Shown in pieces: positions 47,181 through 56,598 of a DNA stretch of 64,000 nt; the stretch's first letter is position 1, and each line of letters starts with the position of its first letter. The notes beneath the pieces are model-generated. The model ran no database searches. It was not told where the DNA came from and saw nothing but the letters and a program-made list of their open reading frames with translations. The DNA is from a virus (taxonomy: Duplodnaviria; Caudoviricetes), in the IMG/VR virus record IMGVR_UViG_3300013121_000034, positions 65,024-129,023 of that record; one strand, 5' to 3'. Made by a program: the position numbers and the translations under genes.

Positions 47181-47226
47181 GGAAATCTCCGTGAGTTGAG
47201 AGTTGGCTTTAAAGCGCGTGATGCTC

Positions 47227-49482
47227 TTAGCCGATTTCGTCGAAATCCGTGCCGTAACGCGTCGGAATAACCTCAACCTCGATGCGTCGACCGTAGCGAA
47301 CAAGGTCGACAAAGAGTCGGCATTTGATCGTGCCGCCTTCCACATCTTCGGCGCTCATGGTTTTTCCAACGTCACACTGGAAATCGTAATTGTAGATTCC
47401 TTCCTGCCGCTTCATCGGCTTCAAAAGGCGATCCGCAAACTGGCGAATCTGATAGAGCGTGTTGGACGTGATCTTTTTCTGCAAGTAGAACGGCAACACA
47501 TCGGCCAGAGCGACTTCGATGTGCAGCAAATTCAAACGAGCAGGCAGGAACGACAGCGCGCTCATGGTTTTCTGCAACGTCCACGAATCGGAGAGGCAGA
47601 ATCCGCCAAGCTGTTCGCTATAAATAAACGGATTGATCTGCGCTTCCGAAAGAACGTCGAGTTCAGCGTCAGTGTAACGCTTGCGCACGTCCAAAACGCC
47701 CATGCCGCCAAGCGATCCAGCTTCCAGACCCGCACCATTTTCCCACGGTGCAATCTGTCCCGCAGCCGCATAAAGAGCCGCCGCATAACCCGAAGGCGGC
47801 ACCCAAATCGGTCGTGCAGAGAACGGATCGTTGATTTTCAGTTCGTTGACAAAGAGCGCAGCGCGGTTGGTATCCGCAGCGAGCGTATCGCGGAACGTCA
47901 CGGCGTCCGCCGCGACCTGATTTGACGGCGACACGTCCAAAAACGCCACGCAATCTTTGCGCGTTTCTGCAACGTCGATCATCGCAGTCTGAACGGCGGA
48001 ATCGAAATGCCCGCCGTTAATCAGATAGCGAAGGCGCGGGAATTTCTTAATGTCCTTGAGCGCGCCCCACGCCGTAGCGATTGCGGCGTTGCTCGGAGCA
48101 GAACCGTTGTGTCCGCCGCTCAGCCAATAAAAAGTGCTCGAACTGATGCCGGAGACTTGGCCGAGAGGGTTGCCGAGATAGTGATTGACGCGGATATATT
48201 CCGAACGCTCGTTGATAACGTCCTCGATATACAGCGACTCACCAAAACCATCGGTAACTTTTTGCAGCGACACGCGCCACGTTTCGAGAGCCTTCACCGT
48301 ATTGGTGCGCGCATAAACCTCAATGTCGAAGGTTTCGTCTTTGCGGCTCGGGGTTTGCGCCAGCACAACAGAAACCGTCGCCTGCGACGCGCCAAGTGTA
48401 ACAATCGGCTGCGAAAACGACAAAGAATCGCGTCCGATAATCGGATCAGGGTTCAAAACGCGAATCGTGCGGTTTGTCGTATCCACCAACACCGCACCCG
48501 ACACACCGAGTTCAGTCTGAATGTCGTTGCCGATGGCGTTCAGCGTAGCGTTTGCCGAAGACGCATAAGTTCGCGAGAAATTCGTCACCTGACCGCGATA
48601 GGTCATTTGGAACGTGACGACGTTCGACGCAACAAGGTCGGCGCTAAAAACCAAATTCAACTGTTTGTACGTCGACGTGTATTGATTGACGATACGAACG
48701 CCAATCTGATTGCCCCACGCGCCGGGATTTGCGGCCCACAGTTCAAAAAGTTTCGGCTGTACCGCCGAATCCTTGCGAATAGCAACCGCAGCCTGCGTCG
48801 CGCCGAGAGTGATATTCACCTGAACGTCGGTGTAAGTGACGCCCATCGGAGCCTGCAAAACAATAATCGAACTGTTCTGCGTATTAAGCGCGATGGCAGC
48901 GCCGCCGGGCGAAACCGTGCTAGCTATGCCGGTATTCGCAAGCGTCGTCAACGCATCACGAATTGCCGTCAGCGTGTTGGTATGGCTCGTCGCATAAACG
49001 ATGGTCGTGGTGCGCGTGTTGGTGCCATCGTTCAAAATAAGTTCGATGGAGTTTGACGCGACAAGACCGCCGGTGCCAATCGTAATTACGACGCAATGGC
49101 GTTCTGCGGTATCCCATTCTTCAAAAGAACCGCCCGGCGCGCCAACGCCATAAGTGGTCTGGACGTTATTGAAGCTGGAATGCGCGACGTTGGTGAAAAT
49201 AACGCCAGCCGCTTTTGCCTTGTCGATAACACGCTTGACCAAAATGGCCTGACCTTTTTTCAAATAGGCCAGCGCGGAGTGAGGACCGAACGTCCACTGC
49301 GTCGTGCCTTCGAAAAGGCGCATGAACTCGTCGCCAGTGCGGCACAGAGTTTCTTTCAGCGGACCTTTGCGCAGCGGCGCAACGATAGCGGCAACCGGCG
49401 CGCTGATCTGTCCATCAGGCAAAAACGACTGCTCGTTTTCAACAATGGTAACGCGCGATGCGAGACGGAACTTAGCGGTCAT
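47227..49482 (-). CDS. contractile tail sheath protein
   Basis: KGP, NPGAWGN, AETRKDCVAFLD, WVPPSG, PWENGAG, QINP motifs. Confidence 0.93.
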   Translation of the reverse strand: MTAKFRLASRVTIVENEQSFLPDGQISAPVAAIVAPLRKGPLKETLCRTGDEFMRLFEGTTQWTFGPHSALAYLKKGQAILVKRVIDKAKAAGVIFTNVAHSSFNNVQTTYGVGAPGGSFEEWDTAERHCVVITIGTGGLVASNSIELILNDGTNTRTTTIVYATSHTNTLTAIRDALTTLANTGIASTVSPGGAAIALNTQNSSIIVLQAPMGVTYTDVQVNITLGATQAAVAIRKDSAVQPKLFELWAANPGAWGNQIGVRIVNQYTSTYKQLNLVFSADLVASNVVTFQMTYRGQVTNFSRTYASSANATLNAIGNDIQTELGVSGAVLVDTTNRTIRVLNPDPIIGRDSLSFSQPIVTLGASQATVSVVLAQTPSRKDETFDIEVYARTNTVKALETWRVSLQKVTDGFGESLYIEDVINERSEYIRVNHYLGNPLGQVSGISSSTFYWLSGGHNGSAPSNAAIATAWGALKDIKKFPRLRYLINGGHFDSAVQTAMIDVAETRKDCVAFLDVSPSNQVAADAVTFRDTLAADTNRAALFVNELKINDPFSARPIWVPPSGYAAALYAAAGQIAPWENGAGLEAGSLGGMGVLDVRKRYTDAELDVLSEAQINPFIYSEQLGGFCLSDSWTLQKTMSALSFLPARLNLLHIEVALADVLPFYLQKKITSNTLYQIRQFADRLLKPMKRQEGIYNYDFQCDVGKTMSAEDVEGGTIKCRLFVDLVRYGRRIEVEVIPTRYGTDFDEIG

Positions 49483-49532
49483 GATTTACTCGCTTTCGAA
49501 GATGGGTTTCGTGGATGGATTAACGCTCATAT

Positions 49533-49847
49533 TTATTGAGCGCCGTCCGATTTGGGCTTGGGGGTGGGAGGTTCTTTTTTTTGGTCCTTGGGAGGATCAA
49601 CAGTTTTGGGTGCGGGCGCGAGTTCGGTGAGCGTCACAACAGGCTGTTCGGCACCCGGTTCCGAAACAGACGCGCTTTCATCGACCACTACACCCACAAG
49701 CATAACGCCAGCAGGAATATCGCAGCCTTCCTCGTGGTATTTGTCATCCACGGTAATGGTAGATTTGCCCGGAATTTGCACCGAGTCACTACCATCTTTT
49801 GTTCGCAGAGTTGCTGCGAAGCGGTTCGAATTGAAAACCATTCCCAT
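49533..49847 (-). CDS. hypothetical virion-associated protein
   Basis: AAGGA Shine-Dalgarno; beta-rich N-terminus with a P/K/E-rich tail; directly upstream of the sheath. Confidence 0.7.
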   Translation of the reverse strand: MGMVFNSNRFAATLRTKDGSDSVQIPGKSTITVDDKYHEEGCDIPAGVMLVGVVVDESASVSEPGAEQPVVTLTELAPAPKTVDPPKDQKKEPPTPKPKSDGAQ

Positions 49848-49926
49848 TGCGCCAGTATCCTTCTCGATTCGCTTAAGTTCGAGCGCAGCAATCGCTCAAA
49901 AAGAACGTATCAATCGCTTTCCAAGA

Positions 49927-49935
49927 AAATTAGGC
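49927..49935 (-). promoter_or_regulatory. putative late promoter GCCTAATTT (sheath/tube operon)
   Basis: Copy of the recurring 9-mer at the gene boundary. Confidence 0.55.
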
Positions 49936-50273
49936 TAATTGGTAATCAATCGAATTTTGGCCGTGGTGCCAGATGTGACGTTTTTGACCGTGATCGAGTC
50001 CATAGCAGCGGACAGTAAAAAGTAATCGGAAACGGTTAGAACGATTTCACCGTCATCAACCGCAATGGTCACTTGCACCGGCGCACTCGTAACCAGCATC
50101 GTCAATTTCTCGACGTTTTCAACTACAACCTCTTGATTATAAACGAGCGCAACGTCTTTTTGCTGCAAGCCCGCTTCGTCATCGAGTGTAATTGGTTTGG
50201 AAGCATAAAGAACGTTGCGGCGCGTAGCGGCTGTTGCGACAACTGCCGTCATTCCGAGCGATACAGTGGTCAT
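49935..50273 (-). CDS. hypothetical structural protein
   Basis: 112 aa, beta-rich, ATGA-coupled to the upstream gene. Confidence 0.7.
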   Translation of the reverse strand: MTTVSLGMTAVVATAATRRNVLYASKPITLDDEAGLQQKDVALVYNQEVVVENVEKLTMLVTSAPVQVTIAVDDGEIVLTVSDYFLLSAAMDSITVKNVTSGTTAKIRLITN

Positions 50274-51001
50274 GCCCTGAAATTCTCCGTGGTTTCTGTC
50301 GGAAGCAAATTGAGCGTGATTGCTGTAGCGCCGTCGATAGCATGCCCTTCAATGCTATATTCCAAAATGATTTTGTCCGGTCTTTTTTCACGCTGCACGG
50401 TCGAAAACATGGTGTCGACGCGAAATTGCATTTCAACGCTTCCGATAGCCGCGCCAGTGTCGTCTGCGCCTTCGGTGGGATGCGTCAATTGCAAATCGTC
50501 TGAAAGGCACACGACCTTGATAAACACATCGACGTCGGTTGTATGATGCGCGTCGCGTGTGCGTGGTTTAAGATTGAATGAGAGGGCTTCCTCCAATTGC
50601 AGCGTGAAATACCGTTCCTGAATTGCCAGCAACTCGGCTTCCGTTTGCGCTGCATAACGCGCCGTAAGCGAAACGCTGACAGGGACAGGGAAAACTTTTA
50701 TGTTATTGCCTTGCTCGTCTGTGCCAATATGAATGCCCGACCGCAACGCCAATTTAGCGTTGGGTTTGGACGTGTCCTTGGCAACAGATTCGATACGAAA
50801 ACCTAGCGCGGGATATGTCGGGGCTTGACCAAGGGCCGTCTTCATCGCCGTTTCGAAATCAGTGCCGAAATAGCGAAAGGGACGCACTTTTTTATCAAGC
50901 AGAAGGTCGAAAATTTGTGACTTGAAGCCGTCTAGGGACAGCTTGAATATGGAAGCGCCGTTACCTTTGAACAACTCTGTGTGGTTGAAATTGTCGGGCA
51001 T
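50270..51001 (-). CDS. putative tail terminator/completion protein
   Basis: Between capsid and sheath; TYPALGF...PVPVSVSL pattern resembles gp15/gpU-like proteins. Confidence 0.55.
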   Translation of the reverse strand: MPDNFNHTELFKGNGASIFKLSLDGFKSQIFDLLLDKKVRPFRYFGTDFETAMKTALGQAPTYPALGFRIESVAKDTSKPNAKLALRSGIHIGTDEQGNNIKVFPVPVSVSLTARYAAQTEAELLAIQERYFTLQLEEALSFNLKPRTRDAHHTTDVDVFIKVVCLSDDLQLTHPTEGADDTGAAIGSVEMQFRVDTMFSTVQREKRPDKIILEYSIEGHAIDGATAITLNLLPTETTENFRA

Positions 51002-51088
51002 TCTTTTCTTTCATGTAAACGAGCCGGATTCACGCATGGACGTAAAATCCGGCTCGCCACATTGCCTTTGAAAAACGATAGACGGGTA

Positions 51089-51988
51089 TTACGCCGCCGT
51101 TCGCTTTCCTTTCGCGAGGAAGTCGGATGCCTTCTTTCGCGATTCATCGTCGCCGAAAATGCTCATTTTGTTCGCGACAGCGCGCTGCACACTCGCGGAC
51201 ATAGTTGGGAAGCGTGTGCCTCCCATGCCTTCTTTTTTCTGTTGCGGCAGAGGATCGGGCTCGTCACCGTCATCATCTGCGTCGTCGGACGCGGTGATTT
51301 CCGAATCATCGTCTTCGTCATCGCCGATTTCATCGACGCCGTCATCATCGTCTTCACCGCTCGAAAACGCATCATTCGCGTCATCGTCGGAATTAAGATC
51401 GTCGCCGGTATCATCACCGTCGATAACCGAATCGATAATTTCGTCGTCGCTTTCCTCACCGCCCTCGCCGTCGTCTTCACCGTCGCCAAGCATATCGTCG
51501 CCGCCATCGTCTTCGGCGTCAATATCCACGGCTTCGGATTCGTCGTCGCCAATTTCATCGCCGTCGTCTTCCGGCGCAATGTCATCGTCTTCGTCACCGC
51601 TTGCGGCGAGCAAAGCGCGATCACGCTGCTGTTCGAAATTATCCGCCGACTCATTGGCGTGCGTGAGAGCGTCCGCAAGGCTTTCCATATCGTCCTGCTC
51701 AAAAGCCTGCAAAACGAATTGGAGCGCGTTGCGCTTATCGCCTTGGGTGTAAACGGCATAAGCCGTCGCAATCAAATCACCCGATGCGATGTAAGGAATT
51801 TCAACAGCCGAGGCCGTGGCTTCGAGAGAAACCTTTTTGCCCTCAGCAAAAGAGGCAACAACCGAACGCAACGTGTCGCGAACGAGGGTCGGGCTGATTT
51901 GTAGTTTTGCAGCCGCAAAAGCTTCAATCAAAGGCTCCGCAGCTTCGACAGCCGCAGCTTGAAGCAAATGCTTTATACGCTTGTTCAT
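51089..51988 (-). CDS. acidic head-associated protein
   Basis: GAGGG Shine-Dalgarno; ~100-aa D/E tract; follows the major capsid gene. Confidence 0.7.
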   Translation of the reverse strand: MNKRIKHLLQAAAVEAAEPLIEAFAAAKLQISPTLVRDTLRSVVASFAEGKKVSLEATASAVEIPYIASGDLIATAYAVYTQGDKRNALQFVLQAFEQDDMESLADALTHANESADNFEQQRDRALLAASGDEDDDIAPEDDGDEIGDDESEAVDIDAEDDGGDDMLGDGEDDGEGGEESDDEIIDSVIDGDDTGDDLNSDDDANDAFSSGEDDDDGVDEIGDDEDDDSEITASDDADDDGDEPDPLPQQKKEGMGGTRFPTMSASVQRAVANKMSIFGDDESRKKASDFLAKGKRTAA

Positions 51989-52008
51989 CGTCCCTCGCCT
52001 TTCATGGT

Positions 52009-52048
52009 GAAAAAAGCGCGAATGCGGGAGGGCGCACCGCGCTTTTTC
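52009..52048 (-). terminator. terminator-like hairpin after the major capsid gene
   Basis: AAAAAGCGCG...CGCGCTTTTT inverted repeat, giving a T tract on the - strand. Confidence 0.65.
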
Positions 52049-52071
52049 GTTTCACGTTATGTCAGGCGAGA

Positions 52072-53166
52072 TTAGGCGCGCTGCGCCTTGACGACCGCAC
52101 GCGCGTTGTGAACGGCGCACGACAGGGTCGAATTGAAGAACCAGCCGCGACCAGCGACGCCCTTGTAAGCGCCGTTAATGTCGGTCGATTCAATCGGACC
52201 ACGCTCGGTGTACGCGCCGAGATATTCCGGCGTGCCGAGAACGTACATTTCGCCAGCCGCGAGAACTTTCTGCTGCGGATGACGGAAGCCGTCGGTGATG
52301 AACTCCGATCCGAGGAAGCGCATGATGCGGCCCGACTGGATCATTTCCAGCTTCGTCACCGGATCATAATACGCCGCGAACGCCGAACCAGCGCGCATAT
52401 CATCCCACAGATCAGCGGCAAAAAGAACCGGACCCGCAGGAATATTCCACGCCGTCAGCTTCGAAGTCATTGCAGAGAAAATCACCGGGGTCAGACCGCC
52501 GGAGATATACTGCAACTGATGCTCGACGCCGACCGACGCATCGAACATTCCACGCACCATGCGGTCTTCGGCGACCATCATGGCTTCGAGGCCCTCGTTG
52601 AACTTTTCGTCCAGAATATCGCCGGGCGTCTGCGCGAGATCGACCGTCGACATCATGATATTTGCAGAGTTGCCGAACTCGGGCGGATAGATGTGATTGC
52701 TCTGCAAATACTGCGCATTCAACTGCGCCATGCCCGTCGCAATAACGGCGGTCACGTCGCGCTTGATAATGCGGTGACGCGGCGGCGCGCCCTGAGCGAC
52801 TTCCGCCTTCACGAGAAGCTGACGCATAAAGCCATCGCGTTCCGCAGTTTCTTTCAACTGCGTCGCCATTTCAGCGCCGATTTCAGCAAACGCCGGACCC
52901 TGCTTGTCGTTGAAAGCAGCGATCACGTATTCACGCGACGCAGCAATATCAACGTTGCTCTTTTCGTCGTTCGCATTGGCGACAACGACGCCGCTCTGAA
53001 CGAGTTCGAGAAGCTGCGCAATCGCTTCGGCAACGTCACGCTTGTTCGAGGCGTTGATTTCGCCAGCGCCGTTGAAAAACGATTCACGCGATCCGGGGCG
53101 ACGAGCATGGGCCATCGGCGTTGCCGGACGGCCCGTGCTGTTCTGGAGCATCGACTTGAGTCTCAT
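52072..53166 (-). CDS. major capsid protein
   Basis: 364 aa, GGAG Shine-Dalgarno, strong codon bias, position after scaffold and decoration genes; ERDGFMRQLL...MVAEDR...GWF motifs like those recalled for jumbo myophage capsid proteins. Confidence 0.88.
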   Translation of the reverse strand: MRLKSMLQNSTGRPATPMAHARRPGSRESFFNGAGEINASNKRDVAEAIAQLLELVQSGVVVANANDEKSNVDIAASREYVIAAFNDKQGPAFAEIGAEMATQLKETAERDGFMRQLLVKAEVAQGAPPRHRIIKRDVTAVIATGMAQLNAQYLQSNHIYPPEFGNSANIMMSTVDLAQTPGDILDEKFNEGLEAMMVAEDRMVRGMFDASVGVEHQLQYISGGLTPVIFSAMTSKLTAWNIPAGPVLFAADLWDDMRAGSAFAAYYDPVTKLEMIQSGRIMRFLGSEFITDGFRHPQQKVLAAGEMYVLGTPEYLGAYTERGPIESTDINGAYKGVAGRGWFFNSTLSCAVHNARAVVKAQRA

Positions 53167-53219
53167 TACAATTCTCCGAGGTTTCTTTTTTCCGTTTGTC
53201 GATCTAGCGAATATCGCTA

Positions 53220-53930
53220 TTAATCGACGTTGAAGCGAATGCCGAGGAACGGCGTGTTGACGTTCGGCACCTGAATAACGTGGCCGTTGATGACCGCGCC
53301 GTTGCCGTTGATGCTCACAAGGCCGTTCGCACGCGCCTTAAGAACCTCCGCCGACGATTCCAGATCGACCGCATTCCAGTCGACCGTCGAATCATACATG
53401 TTGGTGAAAACCTCACCGCCATTGATGATCGTCACCGCTTTGTTCATAATCAGCGATGTGCGTCCGGGGATCGCGTCGCCGAATTTCATCAAAGCTTCCT
53501 GCGCCGTCAGGTCGTAACGATACTGCGCAAAGATCGCCTTACCGCTCTGACCGGAGTGCAGAGTAACGACGTTGCCCGAAATCGAATATTCGTTCGCGTT
53601 CGAGCCCGGCGTGCCGACCGCGAGAACGGTCGAGCCGTCCTTCAAAAGAAGGCTCGAAGCCTGCGGTGTGCGCGACAGAGTCAGCGTGGTCGTGACCGCC
53701 GTGACCAATTCCACCTTGACTTCCGCCGTCGGGAAAATCTTTTCCTCGAAGAAAGAGAAGCCAGCGAAAATGGTGTCGGCGGTGCCGTTCGACGGGCGAT
53801 AAACACCGTCGTTGTTTTCACGCACGGCGATCATCGCCATGCCGTCTTCGCTCAAGTTGGACGCGACGAGAGTCGAGAGCAGCTTGCCCGGAAACGACCT
53901 CTCAATACGCGTTCTGCTACGATCAAGCAT
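53220..53930 (-). CDS. head decoration/minor capsid protein
   Basis: EDGMAM...FAGFS...VFTNMYD...W...PFLGI; immediately upstream of the capsid gene; strong codon bias. Confidence 0.7.
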   Translation of the reverse strand: MLDRSRTRIERSFPGKLLSTLVASNLSEDGMAMIAVRENNDGVYRPSNGTADTIFAGFSFFEEKIFPTAEVKVELVTAVTTTLTLSRTPQASSLLLKDGSTVLAVGTPGSNANEYSISGNVVTLHSGQSGKAIFAQYRYDLTAQEALMKFGDAIPGRTSLIMNKAVTIINGGEVFTNMYDSTVDWNAVDLESSAEVLKARANGLVSINGNGAVINGHVIQVPNVNTPFLGIRFNVD

Positions 53931-54002
53931 TTTGGTTTTCCTCTGTTGGGGCCGAAAAGATTTTCGGGCCGTTACTCAGTTGGTTTTAACGGATGGTTGG
54001 AT

Positions 54003-55667
54003 TTAGCCGCCCATGCGCGTTGTGCGGCGACCAATCATGCTGGTGACGACGCCTTTGGCAGTCAGGCCGTTTTGATTCGGCGCGTTATGCGACGACGCCG
54101 TTTCAAAAGGCTTATCGGTGCCGAGCGCCGCCACAGTAATAGGAGCAGGAGTCGGAGCCGATTCTTTTTCGTCGTCGCTGCTGGCAGGAGCAGCGGTTTT
54201 CTCGACGATGTTCGAAATGTCGTTCAGGCTTTCATCGGATTTCAGCACGTAGTCGCGCGCCAATCCGAGAACGGTGGAGAGTTCTTCCTCGCCGTGCTTT
54301 TCGTAAATGCTGTCGACAGTGGCAGCCGCATTGCGGAAACCATGCTGCTTGAGCATCTGAATAAACGCAGCGCGCACCGGCGATTTCACGCCGCCAATTC
54401 CTTTGCGAACGGCGAGCGATGCAATCGACATGCATGTTTTGAAGCGATTCGAAACCGCCGTAATATCGCCTGCGGTCGTAGCAGTGCGAGCAGCGACTTC
54501 TTTTTCGATATGCTGCTTCGTCGCTTCATCAGTGGGAACGTCGACGATGGTCGGCTCAAAACCAAAATCGGCGAGTTTCTGTTCCGGCGTCGAAGGATCG
54601 TTCGCGTCGGGCGCGGCAGCGAGCGCAGTCGAAAGCGCGGCGTGATAACGCGTGCGATCATTGAACAGCGCAGCAATTTCCGGCTTGGCGCGCGCTTTAT
54701 CAGCACGAGCGCACGGCACGCCGTTCGCAAACATGTGATAACGCGTGTCGCCATTTTCGAGCGTGTTGGCGACAAATTCGATTTCGGGATTTTCGTCGAG
54801 CGAAGAAAGAACCATTTTCAGTGCATTGGCCTGAATGGTATTTTCCGCAGGAGCCGTTTCGCCCTCACCTTCGGGTTTTTCCTCGGGAGCGGGAGCAGCC
54901 TCGTCTTCGCCTTCCTTCTTTTCAGGAGTCGGCGCATCGGCGGGCGGTTCATCGCCGGGAATATCGGAAGCAATTGCTTCATCGCCAGCGTCGTCTTCGT
55001 CGGAATCGTCGCCTTCATCGGCGTCCGCAGCGGCGTCGTCGCTTTCGGCCATATCATCGGCGGGAATTTCACCGTCGTCATCGCCAGAAAGTTCGCCGTC
55101 GCCTTCATCGTCGCCGGTATCAAAATCGGAATCGTCGCCAGCGGTAACGCTCGCGTCGTCTTCGGCATCGCCCTCGCCTTCGCCGTCCGATTCCTCAGTG
55201 AAACCGTCGTCGTCCGCGTTATCGAAAGGATCGGTCGCGCCCATGCCTTCATCGGCGGGCGTATCGGCTTCGTCGTCATCACCCATTTCGGCGGTGATTT
55301 TCAGACCCTCGCCACACACGACGCAATTGGCCGTAATGCCCTTGACGTGCGAGAGGCATTCTTTTGTGGAAACGAATTCGGTTTTGCACGAACGGCAAAA
55401 TGCCGCGACAGGCATATTCTGCAATTCAGGGCGTTTCAGCGTGAGCGTGTCGGCGCTCTTTTTCGGAGCCATAATGCCATCACAAGTGGGGCACGACGGC
55501 GTATTGATGTTGTTGATCGTGGCGGTCGTTTTGCACGACGGGCAATCGTGCTGGCGAATAACGATGCCGCTTTTTCCAGCCTGCTGACCATCGATGCTGC
55601 GACCGACGAGAACGATATTGGGCCTTGCCATGCCCGCAATCGCCGTCAAAAGACGCGTTCTTTTCAT
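54003..55667 (-). CDS. putative prohead scaffold/core protein with zinc ribbons and acidic linker
   Basis: Four CxxC pairs, a long D/E tract, position between protease and capsid genes. Confidence 0.65.
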   Translation of the reverse strand: MKRTRLLTAIAGMARPNIVLVGRSIDGQQAGKSGIVIRQHDCPSCKTTATINNINTPSCPTCDGIMAPKKSADTLTLKRPELQNMPVAAFCRSCKTEFVSTKECLSHVKGITANCVVCGEGLKITAEMGDDDEADTPADEGMGATDPFDNADDDGFTEESDGEGEGDAEDDASVTAGDDSDFDTGDDEGDGELSGDDDGEIPADDMAESDDAAADADEGDDSDEDDAGDEAIASDIPGDEPPADAPTPEKKEGEDEAAPAPEEKPEGEGETAPAENTIQANALKMVLSSLDENPEIEFVANTLENGDTRYHMFANGVPCARADKARAKPEIAALFNDRTRYHAALSTALAAAPDANDPSTPEQKLADFGFEPTIVDVPTDEATKQHIEKEVAARTATTAGDITAVSNRFKTCMSIASLAVRKGIGGVKSPVRAAFIQMLKQHGFRNAAATVDSIYEKHGEEELSTVLGLARDYVLKSDESLNDISNIVEKTAAPASSDDEKESAPTPAPITVAALGTDKPFETASSHNAPNQNGLTAKGVVTSMIGRRTTRMGG

Positions 55668-55779
55668 GTTATCCTCAATTTCGTTTCCCGTCAGGGGTGG
55701 GAGCCAATTGGTGAATTAGTGACGGGCGAGAACGCGTCACCAATGACCCATAAGAAAGTTAGTCTGTTACAGGAATTGC

Positions 55780-56598
55780 CTAGTGACAGGCTCCTCCTGA
55801 ATTTCCGTTGTAGCCTAGCTTAACCGCTTCGTATTTTTTGATGTAACGTCGTTCCAGATTAGCCAACTTACTAATAGAGTTGGCTTTGGCTATAGCGTGT
55901 ATGGAAAAGTTTTCACTCCCCAATTGGCGTATAGCCTTGCTTAGTTTCGTCCTAGAATTATTTCGCGCAGCATGTAAATGCAGGCTAAACCGTTGTTTGA
56001 GTTTTTGTGTCGTCAAACCAACGTAAACTTTATTATTGATAGAGTTTGTTATTTTGTAAACGACTCCTTGCCTATTTTTAGGCAAACGGCGTTTCGAAAG
56101 TTCTAAGGCTTCTTCGATGGGCCATCCACGCCCGATTCTGTTCGTGACCGTAAGCGGCTCTAATCCGTAGAAACGTGCAGCGGCACTTATAGATGGAAAT
56201 GTTTTGTCTTTGACACGAACTTTTCCAGGAACAGACTCACGTAGCAGCGCGGGTAGCAGAGGATCAATTCCTCTACGACACCTACTAGCAAACAAATGTC
56301 TGTCTATGCCGTAATGATCCGCAGCCTCGTTCCATGATAGAAAAAGAACGCCTTCTAACACTATGCGTTTGGCACCGGCCTTGTTTGCATTGTTCTTGCG
56401 TAGCTCCGCATTATGCACGCGCCTAGACTTCAATACAACTTTATCGTTATCTTTTCCATATTTATGGACTCTATCGACGAACGTTGAATAAGGTATGTCG
56501 AAATGCTGAGCAGCCTCAGTCATGCTTTCAAAATTTTTGCCTTTTAGGGTTAGCATGTCGTTACGGTTCGTTACTGGACCGGCACCTTTTCGTCCCAC
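55780..56598 (-). mobile_element. free-standing GIY-YIG homing endonuclease with three N-terminal HTH-like repeats
   Basis: GVVYKITNSINNKVYVGLT...R...H...LER...GYN; repeated F-x-S-x-x-x-AA-x-x-Y/F; visibly AT-richer than the flanks. Confidence 0.88.

Noticed and set aside
10715-49482. PAAR, spike, sheath and tube considered as a T6SS, tailocin or eCIS
   Set aside because: Portal, protease, capsid and lysis genes are in the same cluster, so this is a complete phage morphogenesis region.
50981-53223. 307-aa and 438-aa + strand ORFs
   Set aside because: Shadows of the acidic protein and major capsid genes.
53280-55823. 847-aa + strand ORF
   Set aside because: Antisense to the decoration and scaffold genes; explained by their biased codon usage; no recognisable motifs.
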